A DNA stretch of 64,000 bases from NCBI GenBank assembly GCA_043228905.1, contig JBHGNT010000014.1, forward strand, positions 12,338,001 to 12,402,000. The letters run 5' to 3'. The stretch is from Azolla caroliniana (taxonomy: Eukaryota; Plantae; Polypodiophyta). A model generated the notes under the pieces. The model was not told the DNA's origin. It ran no database searches and was given only the letters and a program-made list of their open reading frames with translations. This document shows positions 37,075 to 48,972 of this stretch, one piece after another. Position 1 is the stretch's first letter, and every line of letters starts with the position of its first letter. Both the position numbers and the translations under genes were made by a program.

Positions 37075-40000
37075 TGTGAAATGTTAAGTGTAGAAGCTAT
37101 ATAAAACACAGAATACTGACAGAGAAAAACAGGTTTAATGGAGAACTTAAGACACAACGTACGCAGGAGAGCCAGAGAGGGAAAAACACACAGAAAAAAA
37201 CTAAATTCAAAATAATGTGTAAAACTCTGTACATAGGATGTGCTCAGAGTGCACTTTTATACAAGTCCATACAGACTGACAGAAGTATTGACACGTACTT
37301 CAATGCTCATAACTGACCTCCTACACTAACTCCCAAATATATTCCCTCACGGAATATCTGTTCAAAGGCCTCCCGGTTTCCGCACCGATCCGGCCTGTTG
37401 TTGCGCACCAGTTTACGCATTGGTCTGGCCAATGTTGAGCTTGTATCTCAACACTCCCTCTCAAGCTCAACTTGAGGCTCTTCCGGTCCTTCACTCCGGT
37501 TTCTCTTGACTTCACGCCTTGCTCGCGCTCCTCGACCCATTCGATTTTGCGCGCCTCAACCCTTACAGTCAGCTTGTCTGCTCGTACAGCCTTCTCTAGC
37601 TCCCTTCCTATCACGGTGTTGGCGCCTCTTTTGCTACCCTTTCTTCCGCTTGTCCTTCAGTTGATTCGGCGTCTCCGAATCAAACATCCGAGCCGAATCG
37701 GCTGCCTCCGATTCGTCTCTGCTTTTGTCCGAATTGGTTGCTCCAATTCATCCTCAATCTTGTCCTTCTCGCCCTTGTTGGCTTCATCTCCCCCATGCTT
37801 GGCTGGCTCCAGCTCTTTCTTTTGGCTACTACCCTCTCGTCCACTTCTGGACTCTTCCGCGGATCCGCCTTCGCCTTCTTTAGCCGACCCTAAATCAAAT
37901 TCGTCATCTGATTTGGTGTCGCGGTCACTTCCGCTCCTTTCCTACTCCTTTCCGTGGTCTTGCGAGACTTTTCTTCCCCTCAAGTTCGGCACGTCAAGGT
38001 GCCGCAACCCAAGCGCACCCAAGAATTGCCGCAACTTGTCTAGAACAAGGGGCTTGGTGAAGATGTCGATGTTCTGCCGATCCGTCGAAACATATTGAAG
38101 TTCGACTTCACCAGAGAGGACACACTCGCAGACAAAGTGGTAGTGCACCTCAATGTGCTTAGTCCGGGCGTGAAAGATGGGGTTCTTCGCAAGTTGGATG
38201 CTGCTAAGGTTGTCACAATAGATTGTCATTGGACCAAACACCTCCACATGTAGATCCTTAAGTAGCCGCTTCAGCCATATGGCTTCACACGTTGCGACAA
38301 CCACTCCTCGATACTCGGCCTTTGTGCTCGACAGTGCAACTGTTGGCTGCTTCTTGCTACTCCACACGATCGCGGCGCTCCCAAGGGAGAACGCGAATCC
38401 AGATGTGGATTGGTCATCGCCGGCATTTCCGGCCCAATCAACATCTGTATAACCGACTAGCTACGCGACAATACTAATCCGATATAGTAGTCCCTGGTCC
38501 TTAGTGCGACTGACGTACGTGAGTACGCGTTGCGGGCACTGAAGGTGCTCCTTGGTTGGCCGCTCCATGAATTGTCTAATCAAACAAACCGGGTAACTGA
38601 GGTCCGGCCAGGTGATAGTCAAGTATATGAGGCTTCTGACAATCTATCGGATTCACCTTTTCAGGTTGCAGAACTTTCCGGAGTCGGGGTGAAGCTTCAT
38701 GGTTCTGTCCAAAGGAGTTGAGACGGACTTACAGTCTGCCATCCCGAACTTGAAGAGCATACTTAGCACGTAATGTCGTGGGTTGATCAGTATGCCTTTG
38801 GGGGTTCGGATCACTTCGATCCCGAGAAAGTAATGAAGGTCCCCTAGGTCCTTTATATCAAATGATGATGCAAGCTGGAGCTTTACGCGATCAATTTCAT
38901 CTACGTCGACGCCGGCGATGACCAAGTCATTAACATAAAGTAAAATACTAACCGGCCCAAGTCGACCTTGCCAGACGAACAATGAAGAGTCCGATTTGGA
39001 TGTCGCAAATCCCATCCGATGCAATCACTGCGTGATCTTCGTGTTCCAAGCACGTGGGGCTTGCTTTAGTCCGTAAAGGGACTTCTTCAACCGGCATACT
39101 GCCGAAGTGTTCGTTCCAGAGTGAAATCCGGGGGGTTGTACCATGTACACTTGTTCCTCAAGCTCACCTTGCAGGAACGCATTCTTTACATCCATCTGAT
39201 GTAAGTGCTACCCCTTTGCCACATCTACCGCAAGCAAAACACGGATGGTGGTCAACTTCACGACCGACGCAAACGTCTCATCGTAATCGATGCCGTGTTG
39301 TTGCGCGTAGCCTTTTGCTACTAATCGGGCCTTGTATCGGTTGACCAAGCCGTCGGTCTTGTACTTGACCTTGTACACCCACTTGCATCCAATCGGCTTT
39401 ACACCCTTGGGAGGAACGCATTCTTTACATCCATCTGATGTAAGTGCCACCCCTTCGCCACATCTACCGCAAGCAAAACACGGATGGTGGTCAGCTTCAC
39501 GACCGACGCAAACGTTTCATCGTAATCGATGCCGTGTTGTTGCGCGTAGCCTTTTGCTACTAATCGGGCCTTGTATCGGTTGACCAAGCCGTCGGTCTTG
39601 TACTTGACCTTGTACACCCACCTGCATCCAATCGGCTTTACACCCTTGGGAGGAACACATTCTTTACATCCATCTGATGTAAGTTCCACCCCTTCGCCAC
39701 ATCTACCGCAAGCAAAACACGGATGGTGGTCAACTTCACGACCGGCGGAAACGTCTCATCGTAATCGATGCCGTGTTGTTGCGCGTAGCCTTTTGCTACT
39801 AATCGGGCCTTGTATTGGTTGACCAAGCCATCGGTCTTGTACTTGACCTTGTACACCCACCTGCATCCAATTGGCTTTACACCCTTGGGGGCGTCAACCA
39901 GGTCCCAGGTCTCATTCTCTGCAAGTGCGTTCATCTCTTCTTCCATGGCAACACACCAATTTGCGCCCTTTCTGCTTCTACGTAGCTCTCTGGCTCACGC

Positions 40001-43000
40001 ACTTCTGCTACACATGTCATGTATGCATAGTGATGTGCCATGTACTCGTTGTATCCGAACCACACAACAGGGTTCTTTTGGCAAGTAGATCGGCGTAATT
40101 GCTCATTAGCCGATGTTGAGGTCGTTCTGGCCGACGCGTGCTTCGTTCTTGAAGGCTCGTCATTGCTCTTCTCGGAGTCGGATTCACGTCGATCCAACTC
40201 GTCCCTATCCATGCCATACTCCGGCATCTTCTTCTTTCCCTTTTCTTTGCACGTAAGTTGTCTCTTCGGCTTCCCACGCGGGGAATGCACAACCAAGTGT
40301 GCACTACTCGTCGGCTCTTCATCTGACTGGTCAAACCGACTCAGTCGCTCATTAGGTCCACTTAGCTGAAATGAGATCGAACTCTCTTCAAGAGTTCCGA
40401 CTTCGCGTTCATCATGAGGCATCTTAGCCTCTTAGACCTCATCTTCAGAACTCGGATTGGAGTTGAGGTCCGGAGTCAGAGGCAAATACTAAGACGCGGA
40501 CTCATCGAACACAACATTGCAACTTACGTGACCTTATTTGGTTCAGGGGTAATAACACTTATAACCCTTCTGTTCCTCCGAGTAGCCGACCAAGATACAC
40601 TTCTCGGCTTTCACGTCCAGCTTCCTCCGCTTCTCCTTCGGCACATACACACACGCGATGCTACCAAAAAGCCTCAAGTGTCATAGATTTGGCTTCCTTC
40701 CGAAATACAACTCATGTGCCGACACTTTTTCTCCAATCCGATTCTGGATGTAGACCACGGTTTGGACTACTTCGGCCCAATAGAACTTGGGCATGCTCTT
40801 TTCTTCCAGCATTGCCCGCACTACTTCCACAACTGACCGATTCTTCCTTTCAGCTATGCCGTTTTGCTCTGGCGTATACTTGCAACTGAATTCGCGTTGA
40901 ATTCCCATTGGTTGCAAATAACTGTTGAATTGGCCGGAAAAGTACTCTTTTTCACCATCCCACTGCAGGCACTTGATCTTCCTCCCTATTTCCCTTTCGG
41001 CAAGATTTTTGAGGTTCCGGAAACAATCGAAGACTTCACTCTTCTTTACGATGAGGTAGATCCATGTGTGTCGGGTGTAATCATCGATAAAGGAGACGAA
41101 ATATCGACTCCCGCCAAGACTCACGTTCTGTGCCAATCCCCATACATCTGAATGTATCAAGTCGATCTTATTTCAGCTCCGATTACGCTCGTTTGGGAAA
41201 GGAAGTTGGTGTTGCTTCCCTAGCTGGCAGGCTTCACAAATTTGGGCCCTTCGACCACCGAATTCCAGCAATCCGAACACAACTTGTTTCGATTGCAGGT
41301 CCTGAAGCCTTTGGTAGTTGATGTGGCCTATCCACTTATGCCACAAGTCGATATTCGACTCGACTTTTTGTCCTTTTGTGAACATGGTGGTGCCTACGTC
41401 ATTGGTGTCAAGGATGAACATCCTCCCATCTTTGCGCCCTTGTGCAATAACTTGGCCTTCTTCCTCGATGAAGCACCCGAGATGCGTGAACCGGACTTGC
41501 ATCCCTTGGTCGACGATTTGTCCGATCGACACTAGATTCTTCTTAATTGTCGAGACGTGTAACACGTTCATTAGCTTCCCTTTCTACCTGATGTGGCTGA
41601 CGGGAACTTAACCGACATGTACGATCGGATGCGGAGTGTCGTCTCCTATTGCAACTACTCCTAGTTGTTCCGGTTTTTCTAGATATGAGAACCACTCATT
41701 ATGGTTCATCATATGGTTTGAAGCTCCGTAGTCAACGTACCACACTTCATCTGATTTCGGGGTGGTCTTCTCCATAGAGTTCGCTTCGTGTCTTGTCACG
41801 AAGGCTTCCCCCTTTCCGACTTTTTTGGATACTTCGATGTAGTGCGTCCGTTGCTGATTTCCTTGTTCGGTCGGTCCAGATCCAAATCCGGTTTTCTCCG
41901 AATTGGCGTGCTTCTTCTAGCACTCACTTTCCTTGTGGCCTTTCTTGCCACAATACCGGCATTCTGCAACGTGTTTCCCTTGCCAATTCTCGTCGCCTCC
42001 TTGATTCCCCTTGCTTCCGGAGGGTCCGGAATTTCTGTTGGCATCACCACAATGCCTTCTTCCTTGCTCCCGTCGGCTGCCTCCATTGCGCGCTGACTCG
42101 CCTCGTTCGCCACGACCACGAGGCCTATTTCCCTCTGTGTACAACATCTTGTTGTCGGCGTGCGTACTCGTCTCAACGCACCCGCGTGATTCTCCTCTAC
42201 AAGGAGCATCAACTGCAAGTCGAAAAACGACGATGTATTCTCCCTTATACAAATAGCAAATTGGAATGCTCCGAACTTTAACACCAATCCTCCAAGGCAG
42301 ATCTGCACCATTTCACCCTCCTCAACGTTCACATCGATGGAGGTGAGGGAATCACAGATATCCTTTATCTTGGAGGTGTAGTTAGCCACATTCATGTTCC
42401 GTTGATGCACATTGCTCAACTCTTGTCGGAGTTGGAGCTTCTTGGCTATGGTGCTTGTGGCGAAAATCTTTTTCAGATTTCCCCAAGCATCCTTCGGCGT
42501 TCTTGCATCCCGAATGTAGCTCAAGAGTTGTTCGCTCACATAGGACACAAAGTAGTAGAGAACTCTGCTTGTCGACTGTTCCCAGGCTGGGAAGTCTTTG
42601 TATGTCGATTCGGGTGCTACATCATTTGCTCCATCGACATAGCTCCAGTATCCATGTCCGAGCAGGTACTGGTGCATCTTGTACGACCAAGATGTATAGT
42701 TACTTCTGTCGAGCTTCTCAATTGGAAGTGAACTAGTCATACCTCTATCCATTTTTTTTTCTTTTCATTCTTCACCGAGATTAGGTTTTTTCTGTTGTTT
42801 CGAACTGAAGTCGGCTGCAGAGGTTCTCAACCCTCGCGCTCTGATACCATGTGAAATGTTAAGTGCGGAAGCTATACGAAACACAGAATACCGACAGAGA
42901 AAAACAGGTTTAATGGAGATCTTAAGACACAATGTATGCGGGAGAGATAGAGAGGGAAAAACACATAGAAAAAAACTAAATTCAAAATAATGTGTAAAAC

Positions 43001-43240
43001 TCTTTACATAGGATGTGCTCAGAGAGCACTTTTATACAAGTCCATACGGACTGACAAAAGTGTTGACACGTACTTCAATGCTCATAACTGAGCTCCTACA
43101 CTAACTCCCAAATATATTCCCTCATGGAATATCTATTCAAAAACCTCCTGGTTTCCACACCGATCTGGCCTCTTGTTGCGCATCGGTTTGCACACCGGTT
43201 TACAGACCGATCTGGCCAATGTTCAGCTTGTATCTCAACA
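37075..43240 (-). mobile_element. Full-length degenerate Ty1/Copia element G; LTRs 37075-37453 and 42850-43240
   Basis: TSD TAGTG (37070-37074 / 43241-43245), Met-i PBS 42838-42849, PPT ~37454-37465, all pol domains present. Confidence 0.93.
39174..39890. repeat. Triple tandem repeat of a 239-bp RT segment
   Basis: GGAAC(G/A)CATTCTTTACATCC starts at 39174, 39413 and 39652. Confidence 0.92.
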
Positions 43241-43880
43241 TAGTGTATAAGCGTAGCCGTGTAATGATGGAGTTGTTAGAAAGTAGAAATGCATGTAACG
43301 TTTCACGCACTAAGCGTAACCGTCTATGTCTTGTATATATAAAGGGCATAGGTACATTGTAAAGAGGAAGTGTAGTTTTTTCTATAACCCGTTTAATATA
43401 ATCTTACTGTCTTTCTGAACTCTGTGTTTATTCACAAGTGTATCTGTTACATATGGTAAGTAAGCGCATCTGTGTAAAAAGTGATGCACGACGAGAAGGA
43501 GCTAAATTATAGTTGTCTCCTGTTAAGCACCCTGCCGTAGAGGGCACCCCGTGACGTACCGCCTATTTGTGATTGTCTAAGATTAGGCATACTACGCTCT
43601 CCATTCCCTATACCACAATCCCCTTGAGTCGTACCCCATAGGACTAAGGGTAGGCCGTGTTTTCTAGAGGGATAACACCCGTTGTATTAAGAAGAAATCT
43701 ACATACTAGAAGGATTAGACGATGAAGAAGCGGATCAATACCTTGAAGAAAACTTGCGTCTTGTACGCCTATTCGAAATAGGAACGACCGACGCGCACAT
43801 CAAACTGACAAGGGTCGAGCCAGATGTTTGTGAGCCAGACATGGAGGCGGTCACAAAGCTTCGACGAGCATAGGAAGCGT

Positions 43881-44904
43881 TGTCGTGAAGTACGAAAGCT
43901 TCACATTAAAAGTCTACAATAAGATAAATATGTAACAAAAATAAAGTAAACCTTTATAATGTTTTATACATAAAGATAATATTAATAACAGACTATGATA
44001 ATATTATACAATATATGTAGAGGCAAAAATATATATTATATTACATGGACAAAAGAGGACTTGAACCATTAAACCCTAGCTTATAACACTCAAAGGTTAC
44101 CATTTAACCTATACTTATAATTTATAAAATATATAAAACCATGTAATATAATACATGCACACCATATAGCAAATTACATGGGCAAAAGAGGACTTGAACC
44201 AACAACCTTAAACTTACAACATTCAAATCTTACCATTTAGACTATGCTTGTAATGTGTATAAATATGTGTCTTCTTTTTATTTGAAGTAATATTATATGG
44301 TTTAAACCATCAAACGAGCTACATGTGCACCATATAGCACACATGCAAGAGGCTCTCTGTATGTGCGCCACATGGCCCACATGTAGAACCATCTCTTCCC
44401 TATAAAAGGAGAAGGAAGTATAGACAAAAGAAACCAAGAAATAAGATGGAAATGATTATATTGGATCTAGAGAAAGATATATTGTAATAGAGAAAGAGAG
44501 AGAGAAAGGTATTTTTAAAAGAGAAAAGAAGAACTAGCTTGGTGGTGGTGGTCCTCAACTCGCAACGGAAGGGCAGCGATTCAAGTCTTATACTTCTCGA
44601 GAGATTGAAGGGAAGACTATGGTCTACCATCAAGAAAGAGAAGAGTGATTATGTTATGAAACAAAGCTCGAAGGTTCAACGATGCTCGCAATCATTTTGT
44701 GACTCATTCATCAAATAATTATAAGTTTCTTTCATTCCTTCAAATATCATTCTATATCCCATCTTGTCATATCTTGTTGATCTCTATTTACTCTATCTCT
44801 ACTCTTTCGTCTCTTCCATCCATAATCCCAGTGATTCCTTCCTCACTTTCACGATATCTTTTGTCTACACAACGGTATGCTTCTAGGTGAGCCACGCCAC
44901 GACC
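43881..44904 (+). mobile_element. Probable Gypsy-family solo LTR with two tRNA-like cassettes
   Basis: Starts TGTCGTGAAG, ends CCACGACC, TATAAAA at 44401. The flanking pol-like reading (..EA|FDREMEIS) rejoins across it. Confidence 0.65.
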
Positions 44905-45499
44905 ATGTTCGACCGTGAAATGGAGATCTCCCGGTGAGTCAGAGCTTCGACATTAGACGAAATCAATTTCGGGACATGGATGTATTTGACTGGTCGCACG
45001 GTGATATGAAGGGGCTCAACCCGAAATTTTACCAACATCAAATACATCTATCAATGGATGCCAAGCATGTCCAATAGCACCGGCTACATTTCAAAGGATA
45101 TGGATGTATTTAACCCTAAATCAAGGCGATAATCAATTTCGAGACTCAATTTCAGAACATGGATGTATTTTCCTGGTAATGATGGGGGTGAAACCATGCG
45201 AGTGGGAACAATTAGCTATGTCCTTGACATAGCTAATTAGCTATGCAAAAAGCTACCATTGATAAATAGTCATTTTTGCAAAAAACTACCAATGATAAAT
45301 TAGCTATGCAAAAAGCTACCATTGAAAATAGTAGAGAGTTTTAATTATATAAACGAGCACCATAAATGTGCAACATAAACGTGCAACATAAATTGATATG
45401 TGCACCATAAATTATATACCGAATTCCTAGGTCCATTATGCATGATCCTTTGACACATCACGTGGGCCATCTTTGGTTGAATATTCTAGCTTAGATTAC

Positions 45500-46640
45500 T
45501 ACCACTATTGCTAAACCCTATTGAGTCCACTCCTCAATTGCCACCATTCTACACTCAATTACCGACATTGTGCGGTCCAAGTATCATCTTCCACTGTTCG
45601 ATCCGACAGAGTTCACTCCTCCATTGCCGCCATTCTACACTCAGTTGTCGCCACTGTTTAGTCCAAGCATCATTTGCCAAGTTCACTCCTCCATTGCCGC
45701 CACTCTACACTCAGTTCTCACTAATGTGAAGGTCGTATATTGCTGCCACTTTTCGATCTGACGGAGTTAACTCCTCCACTACTGTTACGGGCATGACCAT
45801 TTAATGTCCTGTGGTGAGAATTTACCGTAGTATTCTATACACGTGGATAAGTGTGAGGGTTAAACGAGAGTGTAAAGAAGGGGAGGATTACTTTTAATCC
45901 TCGGGATTGAGACAACCCATTAGGTCAAGTGTGAACTTGCCTGGGGGCCTTGGGTATCGTTATAAATAAGAGGCCTAGCTACCCTCATTGGATCATCTTT
46001 TGACTACATCGAGACTCTACTCTTGTGGTGGGTGAACTCTTGTAGCGAGCGCGCCAGCACCAAGTACGACTCGACGCCACGGCGGTGGTATGGGACGCCG
46101 ATCGAGGCTCGAGTCCGTCTCGATCCCTTCGCTCGGGAGTGGTCGGGTGGATCGGCACCCTTCTTTCTCTTTCTCCTTTCTATCTATCATTACTTTATCC
46201 TTATCTTAAGCTTACTTTAGTACCTAGATCTCTAATAACTACCACCATTCTACTCTCATTTGCCGTCACTGTGCGTTCCAAGCCTCATCTGCCACTGTTC
46301 GATCTGAAGGAGTTCATTCCTCCATTGCCATCATTCTACACTTAGTTGCCGCTACTGTTCAGTCATGTATTACTGCCACTTTTCGATCCGAGGGAGTTCA
46401 CTCCTTCACCACTACCACCATTGTACTCTCAGTTACCGTCATTGTGCGTTCCAAGCATCATCTGCCACTGTTCGATCCAACAGAATTCACTCCTCCATTG
46501 CCATCATTCTACACTTAGTTGCCGCCATTGTTCGGTCCTGGATTGCCAAAATTGTTCTATCAAACAGAGTTCACTCCTCCACTGCCGCCATTCTACACTC
46601 AGTTGCCGCCACTATTCGGCCTTGTATTACCACCATTGTT
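45500..46640. repeat. ~65-bp imperfect tandem repeats (CTGCCACTGTTCGATCCGACAGAGTTCACTCCTCCATTGCCGCCATTCTACACTCAGTTG)
   Basis: About nine diverged copies, interrupted by a solo LTR. Confidence 0.8.
45783..46237 (+). mobile_element. Solo LTR with 5-bp TSD ACTAC
   Basis: TGTTA...TAATA termini, ACTAC at 45778-45782 and 46238-46242, TATAAATA at 45961. Confidence 0.8.
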
Positions 46641-46926
46641 CGGTCTTGGATTTCAATAACTATTCTATCTATTGATTATCTTGTGTATTGTTGTGTATAA
46701 TCTTGTGTATTGCGGAATATTTTTGTGTATTATTGTTACCCATAGCCATCTTTAATACATCTCTTTTTTTCGGGAAAATTAGGGTTTAAACCCGTCAAGC
46801 CAAATGGAAGGGGAAGGAGGGTGTTTAGAATTACCTCTCAATGATCATCAGGATAGGGATGATGCTATTAGGACACAACAAGTGATATGATAGTATAGGG
46901 CAGAAAAAGAAAAGAAAACATCGTCA

Positions 46927-47350
46927 ATTGTTGAAGGATACGAAAGCCACACTCACTAAAGGTAAAAATAGTATTGGTTGCGATATAGGTCTAAATATCA
47001 CTGAGAATGGAAGTAATGAAACTACTATCATAGAGAGAAAGGTTGTAGACTATTTCAATGTTCAAACCAAGCACATCAACAATGAAGGTAGTACTTTATG
47101 GAATATTAAATGATCCATCGATAAAGGAGTTAGTTGATTGTTGAAGGATACGAAAGCCACACTCACTAAAGGTAAAAATAGTATTGGTTGCGATATAGGT
47201 CTAAATATCACTGAGAATGGAAGTAATGAAACTACTATCATAGAGAGAAAGGTTGTAGACTATTTCAATGTTCAAACCAAGCACATCAGCAATGAAGGTA
47301 GTACTTTATGGAATATTAAATGATCCATCGATAAAGGAGTTAGTTGATTG
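46927..47350. repeat. 210-bp tandem duplication in the transposase 5' coding region
   Basis: Two copies (46927, 47137) differing at about one base. Confidence 0.92.
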
Positions 47351-47809
47351 TGATGGTGTTAATGTAAACATAACATTTGTACCAGTAAATAATCTTCGTA
47401 ATAGTTTCGTATACATGAGCAAGTCAAAAGATGATATTGTCTTAAAAATGTCTGGTCTAATGATGTTACTTAATAGTGATGTTGACGATATTAACATTAG
47501 TGTGCTATCTAAGGTAATTGGTGTTAGTAGAAAAATTGTGTACAATACATTGAACCGGATAGTTTCCTCGGGTGAAGGAACCAGTCTGCTAAAGCTAACA
47601 ATAAAAGGTAAGCCAATGACACCCATAAAATCAAAAATCAAGGATATAATCACAATATTGTGGACTAATGAGAGTAGGGTTTCACCCAATAAGAAGGATT
47701 TATGCAAGAAACGTGTTGGAAGGAGTCAATACGAGGAGCATCCCATTCATCTTCTTGATGTACCTTAAGTATTTACATTTATCTCAACATTTGTTTTGAC
47801 TTTTGAGCT

Positions 47810-48972
47810 TAGTTAGTTAGCTTATTAGCTACCTCCGAATATGACCATACCAGAATAGTTATTTACCTACCTCAGAATATGACCATAGCTAACTAGCTAC
47901 CAGAATATCTAATTAGCTCCCGTAGAATATGACCATAGCTAACTAGCTACCAATAATAGCTAATTAGCTACAAGAAAAGCTAATTAGCTACCTCAGAATA
48001 TGACCATAGCTAACTAGCTACTAGTAATAGCTTAATAGTGATTGCCAATAGCTAATTTAGCTATTACCAACTAATTCGCTACCATAATAGTTAATTAACT
48101 ACCTAAGAATATCGAACATAGCTATTTAGCTACCAAAATAGATAATTAGCTACCAATCATAGCTATTTAGCTACCAAAATAGCTAATTAGCTACCTATGA
48201 CAATAGCTAATTAGCTTCTTATGACTATAGCAAATTAGCTACTAGAATAGCTAATCCCCTATTAGAATAGCTAATTAGCTACCTAAGAATATGAGCATAG
48301 CTATTTACCTACCTGAATAGCTAATAAACTGTGTATGACTATAGCTAATTAGCTACCAGAATAGCTAACTAGCTATTCTTAATAGCTAATTTAGTTATTA
48401 CCAGCTAATTAGATACTAGGATAGCTAATTAGCTACTAGAATAGCTAATTAGCTACCAATCATAGCAAATTAGCTAGCACTCTCGGCTAATTAGCTACCA
48501 GAATAGCTAATTAGCTACCTAAGAATATGAGCATAGCTATTTAGCTACCAGAATAGCTAATTAGCTACTTAAGAATATGAGCATAGCTATTTAGTTACCA
48601 GAATAGCTGTGTATGACTAGCTAATTAGCTACTAGAATAGTTAACTAGCTAACTAGTTAATTAGCTCGATATGACTATAGCTAATTAGATACCAAATTAG
48701 GTAACTAGTTATTCGCAATAGCTAATTTAGTTATTACCAGCTAATTAGTTGTAAGGATAGCTAATTAGCCACCAAACATAGCTAACTAACTATTCCCAAT
48801 AGCTAATTTAGCTATTAACAACTATTTAACTACCAAGATAGCTAATTAGTATATTCCCAATAGCTAATTTAGTTATTACCTAGCTAATTAGCTACCAAAA
48901 TGGCTAATTAGCTACCAGAATAGCTTATTAGCTACTATAACAGGTTTGGAGTATAGCTAATAAGCTAATTAG
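47810..48972. repeat. AGCTAATTAGCT-based low-complexity satellite
   Basis: Dozens of GAATAGCTAATTAGCTAC-like units. Confidence 0.92.

Noticed and set aside
45500-46640. CRISPR-like repeat array
   Set aside because: Eukaryotic context, diverged contiguous repeats with no unique spacers, and no cas genes.
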